From NCBI GenBank assembly GCA_964199315.1, contig OZ116703.1:28210001-28274000 (forward strand): a stretch of 64,000 nucleotides of DNA, given 5' to 3'. A model generated the notes under the pieces. The model saw nothing but the letters and a program-made list of their open reading frames with translations. It was not told where the DNA came from and searched no databases. This DNA is from Orbicella franksi (lineage: Eukaryota). Positions 11,801 through 21,457 of the stretch are shown piece after piece. Made by a program: the position numbers and the translations under genes. The first letter of the stretch is position 1; the number at the start of each line of letters is the position of its first letter.

Positions 11801-14800
11801 ATGAATTTTATGTTGTCATGGCAAGGACAATATCTCATGAGTGAGAGCAGCAAACGAGTGAGATGTTGCTCTTGCCATGAAAACATAAAATTCATGTCTT
11901 CTCGCCATCGTGTAATATCCTCTATTTATTGGTCCGTAAGTTGTTAGCAATGTTACATGTACAAATGTAGTTGCTAGGTGCCATAGACAGATTCGTCTCA
12001 CGTGTCTACATACTCGTTGCTACCCAATTCAGATCATGTGATGATTCATTTGGGAAGTTACAATAATAATTATTGACCTGTTTGTACATACTCGAATACA
12101 ATCAGTTACGTATGGCAAATTGCATATTGTACAGTTGTAGCCTTTGAATCCATCTATTGACTATTAATTATTTTTTACAGCTGCACTGCAACATTTTAGA
12201 ATTGATGGAAAAACAAACAGCTAATGTCTTTCTATAGTTAGTCAAAACTGTTTGAATGGAAATGTCAAGAATTGTTACAATGAATAGTCAATGAGTAATG
12301 TCATGATGATACTTACATTTATTTTTTTCTCAAGCATCTGAGCGGGCCGGAATCCTAAATCCTTGAATTTGATTGCCTAATCATACACACGTGACCGGTC
12401 CAGCTTTTTATGATATGGCCCACAGGCCACATTTTTTCCCTGCTGCTTAAATTTTGCTCCTAAAAGTTAGTGGCAATTTTCAATCTTTTGCCTTTTTTTA
12501 CACATCCATCGACGATTAGTCAGCGTAAGTTTATCTCTGTTCAATTTAAAATGGAAAGGAAAGTCACTGTAAGTAAATTCAATTGAGTGTTTTGAAGTTG
12601 CGAGAGTTGCTTGGTTGTTTGTAGCTTGGCGCTGTAATGGTGCATAATCCTGTGCTTCTCTCGCCATAAAATTTGAGTCAATTTCAGTTGAGTTTGCCTC
12701 TCTGATCGTTGCTGTATTTAGGAGAATTTCTGTGGAATACACTTAACAAATTTCTTCACTTTCTGCTATTCAATTTATGGTAGAAAAGTCTGATGTCAAG
12801 TGAAATTAAAAGCAACGACTGACAGAAACTGTTTTTGTAGTAAGACTTCGCACGAAATTTCATGCCACGAAAACAATTTTGGAGAACTTAATTGGTGAAA
12901 TAAATGCAAATAACATAAAGTAGTTCGAAAAAAAATATGTTCTTCAATACATCTTTCTTTGTCTACTATCTGACTTGCTCGCTGCCAAGATTTTTTACAA
13001 ATTGTTAGTAGACGGTGTGCAAGCCGATTCAATGATATGAGCTGTTTAAACAAACCCATTTGTAATCTGTAAAACCAATGTACCGCAGGAAAAAAAATAA
13101 ACATGTTATGGATAGGCTTCAGGCTTGAAAATGCTGCCTTTGACCTGCGGCCTCGGGCAGCATTTTCAAGCCCTCTGTCACAGTTTTTCACTATACGGAC
13201 CTCCCACCTGGCATATAACATATATGTATTTGTTTTCAGTAATCTTAAGTCAGCCATTAGTCTTTGTTTTGAATGTTCTACATCTGTAACACAGCTACCG
13301 TATGTCAAATCACAACTTGAGAAATTATATATAGTTGTAAAAAAAAAAAAAAAAATAATAATAATAATAAAAAATAAATAATACGTGTACAGTGTACGTC
13401 CATGGTTACCCATTCACACTTGCCTGGCTGACTGTAAGGGTATGGCAAAATGTAATTTTCTCGAAATATAAGTAATATATTTAAGTAAATGCAACCTTTC
13501 TGTATTGTACTTTTCCAGACGACATCAAATTTAGAGTATCCTTCATTGAAGTTTATCGCTTGTTTGAAAATACAAAGGATGGCATTGATATGGTGTATGA
13601 CAGGTACTGTCTACATGGTTTCTGCTTCTTTTTTTTCACTGTTATCGCTACTCTAACACCTTGACTACTTTATCAGTATTATTTTTCTATAATAACCATT
13701 AGTTGACTACATGGAGTTAGTAAGTCAAGACTTTCATTTCAATGTGACCAGGATAGAAGACCTGCGTGAAAATCAACTAAGGCTGATGTTGCTTCCTCTC
13801 TAAATATTGTAATTTATTTTATATGATTTATTATTATCAATGTTCAAATCACAAGTGTAGCTACCTCTCGATGTACATGTAAATTAACATACATGTAATG
13901 ATTCCTTAAAATTCAAAATAGTAAGGGTTTGTGTGGGAACATAATGCTTGCCCAAAATATTGCAGAATGTTAAAATTACAGTACATGTACTCATTGGCAG
14001 CTGCGGTCAGTACTGCATTTAGATTCTCTTTTCTCTGATATCTGTTTCAGTCTGAGTTTTGTGGGTTTAATGTCTGCCGATTTTAGCCAGTTTATTTGTG
14101 TGACATGCAACTGTACAATAACAGTTGGGAGCTATAATGATTGTGAGACAATTTAGCCCTACAGAGAGACAATTCTGCCCCTGGTGAGACAATTCTGCCC
14201 CTTGCAGCCACAAGATGGCAGATTGTGAGATTGAGAACTTTTCATTACTGTCAGGGGATAGTAACCTTTATATATGCACATGTGTACATTACAGCTTTGT
14301 ATAACTGTAAACTTGGTCTAAATCAGCCCACAAGTCAGAAACAAGGAAAAAAGAGCAGATCATTTTGTGGTGGGATCTAAAATTTAAATTGTGAAAATGA
14401 GAATGTGAAAGGGGCACAAAACAGCCCCATCGGGAAGAACTGATTTTTAATTCACCTCACACAGGTGGACTTTGAAAATCAACATCTGCAGAGGCATAAA
14501 ACAGTTAAATCAACAGTAGCCCCATCAGGGAGATGTTTACTTCACTTTACACAGGTTGTCTTTAAAAAGTGGTAGCTTTTACATTGTATGATTGTCTTTT
14601 TATGCTAAACAGCTTGTTAAAAGACTTTCCTACCTCTGAGGAGGTCTGGAATTTAGTGGCTCGTCGAGCCATTGATGAAGCCAACAGTCAAGTAAAAAAA
14701 GGAACAGCTGTAATTACAGGTTTGTGATTCTCATCTCAAATATTTGTTACCACCAATAACGGAAAGTTGTATTACGTCCTATCATTGCACAACTTCCTCT

Positions 14801-17800
14801 AGGGTTTCATCAATGTTACCATGGATACTCATTAGTAATCAGCTGACCTTGCTCCTTTAAATTGAAAATCATTGCAGATAGTCAGTGGTGTGAGCTTGAG
14901 ACAGAAATGAACAAGTTGTATCACCAGGCAGTGGAGCAAGTCCCAACAGGTGATTGTTACACCTTTACCCTTGATATGTCTTAACCCTCTTGCTATTGCA
15001 ACCAGGTCTGGTACTCAGGGGTTTATAGACCAGTTAATGTTTTCTCCTCACCTGCGGATTGCATGTAGCTTCATTACCAAGTGCCTGTTCGCGGCTGATT
15101 GGCTTGCTAGCAAGAATAATTATGCTGTGCAGATTGTAAGTCACTAGCAGTCAACTCCCGCATAGTAGACACCTCACCATTACAGACACTGCTGCAGGAG
15201 TTGAAGTTCTGGCAAAGACAAACTACTGAAAAAAAATCTTGGTACTTAGAGACTTCGCCAGTTAAGGCTGGCTTTCACTAGTGCACAAGCATAGGCAAAA
15301 GCAACATACACAGGATGGAGTGAGGTGCTGTTAAGTAACACATTTTGTTGGGAATCGTATAACAAAAGGTGCGAATTATCAACATTTTACTGCATCTGCG
15401 AATGTCGCGTATGCTGGGTACAGTTGTATACTGTGTATGTTTCTTTTGTGCCAGTGAAAAACACCAAATAATTGTAGTTTCTAAGGTGTCAGGTTTGGGG
15501 GGTTGACTGTATGTGGTGTAAAATGTACTATCTAGAGATTCTCGACAGCGATCATACATGTAGTACATGTTAACAGCTTGCAGGGAAAGTTTTAATGAAA
15601 TAAAGCAAGTTTACTGAACGTAAAAGAAACTGCTGCCATTATATTAGGTTAACCGATTGTTTGATGTTGCTTCCAACAGATAAAATGTGGCAATTTTATA
15701 TCAGTACTTGTATGGAATTGATGGCTGACGGCTCCCATGGGCAAGCAAAAACGGTATGTTCATACATACACTATAACTACATGTAGTGTTTTTTGGTTTA
15801 GAATTAAAACAATAAACTTTGTGTTGTACGTGTAGGCAAATTTAGGGTTGGTGCTCAAGTGCCTCCAAAGACCTTTTAAACTCATCAACAATCGATGAGC
15901 TCGGGGAATGGTGCCGTCACCCTGAAAAAAACAGTGGAAACGCAGGATGCGGGATAAGCCAAGCTGTAAAATTGCGGCGCCCTTGCACAAATCCCCTGGC
16001 CACCCCAAATTCACTGTGAGGGAGACTGCTGGCCAGCAATCTTGTTTCGTGTTTAACTTAACCTAAATTACATTTAGCCACATTTAACTTTTCTTCATCA
16101 TGGTTTTGCACCATTGCTGTAAAAACTTTGTATTATACATGTAGACAAATTTTAGGGTTGGTGCTCAAGTCTCTCCAAAGACCTCAGTAAGCTTTTATTT
16201 TTTCCACTTTGTCATGGTTTTGCATCCTTGTCGCAACCAACATTGCTTCTGTTTCTGAACTTCCTGGATCTGCGGCTGATAAAGTTGTTGATGCTAAATG
16301 TATTTGGTATTATGTATTTTTCCGACCTGTTCATTAATACATATATCTTTTTGATGATTTTGCTCCACAGAGAGTGCAGAATGTTTTTCAGTTATTTTCA
16401 GAAGCAGAAAAAGCCAAACTTCTTAATGAAGATCTTTATAAAACATGGGTGAGTGGCAAAGTGACCAATCAGCCATATCATTTCAATTTTTTTAGTCCAG
16501 TTTACTTGCACATGTATGTATTTCTGAATGATGTACTTGCAGTACAAATTAGATAAATATCTAGAATCTAGCTCTTTCTGACAGTTACATGTACGTTATG
16601 AGGACAAGGTGTCAATAATAATGAATTGCAGCAGGTCAGAAAATACTTCTAAGGGGCCTCACCAAATATTGATTGTTGAAGGTTTTGCAATAATCTGCCA
16701 GGTTACTGAGTTAACCTTTGAGTAATTTTCACTGGAACACTCCCGCTAGGAGAGGAAAGTTTGCAACACTTGGTATGAATACTTCGCTTACTTTAACAAA
16801 TTATAAGAACGTTATACCTTTATTACTTTTCAAGTGTTTTACATTCATATGGTGTACATGTAGGTCAGCGTTCTGCTTCAAGCTGCACGGCCGAAACAGG
16901 CCTTGTCAGTGTGTAAAAGAGGGACCCAGTCATTTAAAACCTCAGTGAGTTTGTGGAGTGAATATATGAGATTACAAGTCCTTAATCAAGGTAAGAATGA
17001 CAAACGTCTGCATTTGAAACCGTGTTAAATTTATACATTTTTACAATGAGAGGAATTTAATAGCCAGAAAAATGTATGTGTACATGTAATACATACACCT
17101 CAGCTCTAGTCATCTTGCAACCTTATTTGTTCTGCTTCTTCTGTTCTCTGAAGTTTCTGGAAGGCTGATCTGCCTTTGATTTTCGTTCACAGGTAAACCA
17201 GAGAAGATTCATAATGAATTTTCAAACGCCTTAAAATGCGTGGATTCCAAGGTAAGAAAACTCAAGCCTGGAATAATCGTTTGGCCTACAAAGTAATAAA
17301 GGTCCTTCCAACAAAGACTAGCCTGTGTAGCTTGGCGGTTTATGCTCTCGCGCTCAAATTGCTTAAAAAATTGCTCAAAAAATTGCTCAAACCTCCGAGC
17401 TACGTAGGATAAACAAAGACAGACAAAAGTCTTGTGGTACATACACATGTATAAGCGTGGAAGAATCTGGATGCGGAGTTGAATCGTCCAGAGTCAAAGC
17501 CACTTGGGGTCATTGCGTTTTAGAGTTGAAATTGAGGCGACACTTTACTTTCACAGTGCCTCTCTTTACGCGGGTGTATATATGGGTACCAGAGAACTGA
17601 AATAGACAAATATCCCATCCAAGGGGCTTCAGTTTCATTACTCCAAATACAAGAATGACTACTGTTTACTAGGAAATTAAAAAGAGTCATATATGATGAT
17701 GTTCAAAACATTGCGCATAAATTGCTACATGTACCTGTGAACATGGTAAGTTTATAGATGTTACTTCCTACTTGTTTTGTAGGACTCACTGTCACTGTGG

Positions 17801-20800
17801 ACTCAGTGGATAGACTGGTGTGTCGCCAGCAATCCAGGACAAGTAGAAGAGGTGTTTGAAGTAAGTTTACTTGTTGTTGTGTCATTTGGTTCGTTTGTAC
17901 TGCGGCTAGGGCTGACGTGATATAATTAGATGCAGCCTCGTTCCCAGGCACTCTCATATTCCCTCCTGGAGGCCTGGGAACGAGGGCATGCAGAAGAATG
18001 GCAGACAAAGTTTTGGTCTCAGACGAACATGACCTACTTGTTCATAAATTTCTAGAGCAGTGCTTTGTTGTCTGTTACAGTATCAGGGTTGTACCATATG
18101 GTTAGTCCAGGTAATAACATGCTACCGGACGATCGGTGCTGTTAAATCGAGAAGATGGGCGACAGAACAGGTCACGGTTCTTTTTTCTGTGATTGTTCGA
18201 AATGAACGTACTTTGTAACAAAGTTTTGTTAACGTTTTCATAGGAGGGCAATTGGTTTTCACAGGCGGGCAAATTGCTTTGAACTAAACTCTCTTCTAGA
18301 TGATTTAAACCAGGCCGGTAAAATCCGGCCCTTGAAGAAACCCTTTGTGAAATTGTTTTGCTTGGCCATAGTTAATAGAGGGAAAAGCTAACAAACAGGC
18401 CTAGATTTATGGAGGTCCTTGACCCTGCACATCTTTTGTTTTATGCTCGTCGAGTATGCATGCATTACATAATCGCAATGCTTCTTTTGGTTAGTTGTAA
18501 GAGCACACCTAACCACCTTTTGCATTTTGCCAGGCTTTGTACAGGGTCACCCCCAAAATAACAAACAAAAACATACAGCAAAGAACTTTGCTAAGTTTCC
18601 TAACCATTTCCCTCAGTTAACTATGGCTTGGCTAAAGCATTTTGTACTAGTCTTATGAATAAATCAATTGGAACTTAGTAAACGGAACTAAGAGAACTCA
18701 ACTTGCTATAGCCTTGAGGACGGAAGTTTTCGCAGGCTACCGTTTAACTTGTAGGAAATTAGATATTGGCTAGTCTATCATTATCGTAGTTTGGATTTGT
18801 GTTGCCTGGCTTCTCCATTACCATATGTAGTCGTTTTGCACAAAATAAAGAGTCGAGAGACGGCCATACTTTTACTAATAGTTCATATACTTGTGTCTTG
18901 TTTCAGCTTTCGTTAGAATCGTGTCTCGACATCAGGACTCCACTGAAGGAGAAGTATGTCGAATGGGCAGTCACGACAAAAGGGATTAAAAAGGCTAGAA
19001 AACTTTACAAAAGGTAAGAATTTTTTTAATAATAATTTTAATTTACAAAACATACAGTTACTTGCATTGGTTATATTGCAGGTCTTATTACAACACTCGA
19101 CTTACAGAACAATACTTACGTTATAAGTTAATAAAGATGGTGAATTTTAAGCTCGGTAATGAAATGTGAAGGTGAATTAATCAACATGACACGAGCGTGG
19201 GACAAAGAAAAATTCCGAGTCCCCGACAGGAATCGATCCCATGACCTCCCGAACACCGGGCGGACGCTCTATCCACTGAGCTACGAGAACTCATGGAGAG
19301 CAAGGTCATTTAACTGAGTTCATATATGATAGGTGTCCTGCATACTGCTAGGATCAACGCTATCGAATTCATCGTGAGTAGTGATAAGTTAATAAAGATG
19401 GTGAATTTTAAGCTCGGTAATGAAATGTGAAGGTGAATTAATCAACATGACACGAGCGTGAGACAAAGACAAATTCTGAGTCCCCCGACAGGAATCGAAC
19501 CCATGACCTTGCTCTCCATGAGTTCTCGTAGCTCAGTGGATAGAGCGCCCGCCCGGTGTTCGGGAGGTCATGGGTTCGATTCCTGTCGGGGACTCAGAAT
19601 TTTTCTTTGTCCCACGCTCGTGTCATGTTGATTAATTCACCTTCACATTTCATTACCGAGCTTAAAATTCACCATCTTTATTAACTTATCACTACTCACG
19701 ATGAATTCGATAGCGTTGATCCTAGCAGTATGCAGGACACCTATCATACATGAACTCAGTTAAATGACCTTGCTCTCCATGAGTTCTCGTAGCTCAGTGG
19801 ATAGAGCGCCCGCCCGGTGTTCGGGAGGTCATGGGTTCGATTCCTGTCGGGGACTCAGAATTTTTCTTTGTCCCACGCTCGTGTCATGTTGATTAATTCA
19901 CCTTCACAATACTTACGTTACTAGCAATAGTGTTACTTACGCTGGCAACACAATACTCTATTACAATTGAATACTGGCATTGCAGAAAATATAATAACTT
20001 ACAATACCGGCTACTTACACTACCAACAATACAAGACTCTACTTACAATAAGTACTTGTATTACTTGCAGAACATATATTTACTTACAATACTTACATTA
20101 AGTTACGCGAAATACTAAGGTAAGATATCGGTTTGTGTCTTTGTGTACGTGGTGTGTACAAGCCGTAAATTTTACTGCCTTCCGCCTAGTGTTGAAAACA
20201 CTCTTACATGTAGCTCTCAGTAGTAAAGGTTGTTTTGATGCCCTTAAGGGTTATGTCAATGTTGACTTGATTTTGTTTCGACTTTCGTTTTCTCCCTTTT
20301 AGGCTGATTCAAGCACGACCTTTTGCCATTTCTTTCTTTCGAAAATGCATTGATTTAGAACTAACACAGGTAAGCGGGTCAAAAAACTAAAAATACAGCT
20401 AGTAATGACACCCATTTTTCCTAATGAATGCAACCTGCTTGTTCCCAGGACTTTAACTTACTCCGAAAGAATGAGTTAAGTTGACCGCGAAGAGAAGACT
20501 GGTGTGGAACCTGTCTTATACGTCTCTCTACAATTTGAATTGACAGCAAATTGGAGTAACCAACAAGAGAGCGCACTACAAAACCGAATGACACAAGCTT
20601 TTAACGTTCTGGTAGCAAGCAAAACAAAGATTGGACATCAGTAAACTGTTTTTCGTTCAAATGCAGCTGCCGAAATAAGTCAGAATAAAACATGTTTTCC
20701 CATGAAACAAAACAATGTTAATTTAGGCATTTTTTTTTGGTGGGTGAACACGCAACTGTTTTTAACGTAAAATGAAATCATCGCAATGTGATTCTTGTAG

Positions 20801-20955
20801 CGTTACGCTTTACAGGATATTCTAATTTGGAGCTATGATTTATACCACTTTTAATCCTATTGTCCCTTATATGGTTACTCAGGTTAAGCCCAGTGTTAAG
20901 CGCGCCCGCGATCTGTACGAGGCAGCTGTAGATCATTTTGGGACTTCTCATCCTG
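4157..20955 (+). CDS. UTP6: U3 small nucleolar RNA-associated protein 6 homolog (HAT-repeat SSU processome factor); 22 exons traced, 3' end not located
   Basis: GT-AG exons with consistent phases: 4157-4248, 4745-4829, 5509-5550, 6255-6323, 6453-6473, 7105-7152, 8178-8241, 9121-9239, 9792-9824, 9994-10044, 11294-11375, 13519-13603, 14613-14719, 14878-14949, 15680-15753, 16371-16448, 16864-16990, 17193-17251, 17783-17860, 18907-19013, 20303-20369, 20883-20955 (1633 nt, 544 codons, no stop). Translation includes MAEYVHQNLEGMLPELEELERMGVFS, EFEYRLQKR, LWIQYIEFCK, LWIMAAKWEFEEN, YFRMELLHVEK and LYEAAVDHFG, all recognisable UTP6 motifs. Confidence 0.95.
5863..6136. mobile_element. Non-autonomous AcademH-like MITE
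   Basis: ~60-bp TIRs TAGACTACGAGTAATCCCTCTTTCGCTTAGTCC / GGACTAAGCGAAAGAGGGACTACTCGTAGTCTA. 9-bp TSD CACACAGGG at 5854-5862 and 6137-6145. TAG..CTA ends with a 9-10 bp TSD is the AcademH signature as I recall it. Confidence 0.7.
7235..7580. repeat. Interspersed repeat, unclassified
   Basis: Internal inverted segments (GTTTCTATCGAGTTATA / TATAACTCAATAGAAAC; AAGTTTGGGAGAAC / GTTCTCCCAAACTT). Confidence 0.45.
7584..7897 (-). mobile_element. tRNA-derived SINE
   Basis: Minus strand begins GGGAGGCGTGGTGGCCTCATGGTTAGTGCGC (A box) ... GGGTTCGAGCCC (B box), has the central motif GTGTTCTTAGGCAAGACACTT and ends in a (CTTCA)n tail. A decayed + copy lies at ~17480-17620. Confidence 0.8.
8764..9090. mobile_element. 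tRNA-like repeat insertion with back-to-back inverted arms (family 1)
   Basis: 14-bp direct repeat ACATGAGAGTTTTG at 8750-8763 and 9091-9104. tRNA-like cloverleaf on - at ~8835-8907. 8764-8806 is the reverse complement of ~8998-9041. Confidence 0.75.
10105..10488 (+). mobile_element. tRNA-derived SINE with (TATG)n tail
   Basis: Head GCCGACTGGTTAGCTCAGTGGTAGAGC...GGGTTTAAACCCCGGC (A box and decayed B box), a unique body, and a (TATG)6 tail at ~10464-10488. Confidence 0.8.
10786..10957. mobile_element. Tc1/pogo-like MITE
   Basis: TA|CAGTTCAACCTCTATTAA ... TTAATAGGGGTTCGACTG|TA. Same terminus type as 3159-3844. Confidence 0.75.
11390..11930. repeat. Interspersed repeat with an internal (TCTTCGG/A)n-like array
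   Basis: Repeated ATCTTCGG motifs at 11575-11735. A similar decayed array in the opposite orientation lies at ~62470-62760. Confidence 0.55.
12310..13225. repeat. Probable non-autonomous transposon in UTP6 intron 11
   Basis: CpG-richer block inside CpG-poor intron. Inverted segment AGGCTTGAAAATGCTGCC / GGCAGCATTTTCAAGCCC at ~13110-13150. No credible protein. Confidence 0.4.
17934..17987. mobile_element. Minimal MITE/hairpin
   Basis: CCTCGTTCCCAGG (17936-17948) and CCTGGGAACGAGG (17973-17985) are perfect inverted repeats. Confidence 0.6.
19124..19907. mobile_element. Inverted multimer of a 261-bp tRNA-like unit (family 2) forming a ~340-bp stem
   Basis: Left arm is ~1.5 units on -, right arm ~1.5 units on + (unit starts 19510 and 19771). 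Junction microhomology ATGACCT at 19503-19509. Direct repeat CAATACTTACGTTA at 19110-19123 and 19907-19920. Confidence 0.85.
19908..20110. repeat. Degenerate ACTTACAATA-type minisatellite (also 19090-19123)
   Basis: Recurring TACTTAC / ACAATAC motifs. Confidence 0.6.
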
Positions 20956-21052
20956 GTGAGTGTTTTGTTTGCAGGGGAGGGGTGGGTGGAGGGTACAGAG
21001 AGAGCTTAGAAACTTACGTAAATAGACTATTTTACAGTTGTGTGCATAGTTA

Positions 21053-21229
21053 CCTGGCCTATGAATGCAAGCGAGGCTGCAGGTGACCTTGCTTTGATAC
21101 AGACCTCTCTGCTTTTCTCATTTAAATGCCAAGTAGTTAACATAAGAACAACTTTATTTACACAACAAAAGCAGCGAGGTCTTTAACAAAGCAATGTCAC
21201 CTGCAGCCTCGCTGCCATTCAAAGGCCAG
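21053..21229. mobile_element. MITE with ~35-bp TIRs
   Basis: CCTGGCCTATGAATGCAAGCGAGGCTGCAGGTGAC / GTCACCTGCAGCCTCGCTGCCATTCAAAGGCCAGG. Confidence 0.7.
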
Positions 21230-21457
21230 GGGCCCGTTTCTCGAAAGCCCCGGAAACTTTTCGGGCCCATAAAGCCAGTTTTAGTTCATCTGTATCTAAA
21301 AACGGAGAAGTGTATACGCCTGAAATTTCTTGTATGAAGGGAACCTCTGTTCATATTAAGATTATGTGGGCAAAACAGCTCTGTAATCGTTAAGTTCGAG
21401 ATTTTGTTATGGCTTTCCGGGCCCGAAAAGTTTCCGGGGCTTTCGAGAAACGGGCCC
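21230..21457. mobile_element. MITE with ~40-bp perfect TIRs inserted at the end of the preceding MITE
   Basis: GGGCCCGTTTCTCGAAAGCCCCGGAAACTTTTCGGGCCC and its exact reverse complement at 21419-21457. Flanked by CAG and CTG. Confidence 0.8.

Noticed and set aside
12796-13413. 205-aa minus-strand ORF
   Set aside because: Lies in a repeat and a poly-A/ATA tract antisense to a UTP6 intron; low-complexity start and no domain.
19218-19847. Functional tRNA genes (also 8835-8907, 10105-10175 and a decayed one near 42140-42205)
   Set aside because: Embedded in repeat units, imperfect anticodon stems and atypical anticodon; treated as tRNA-derived repeat parts.
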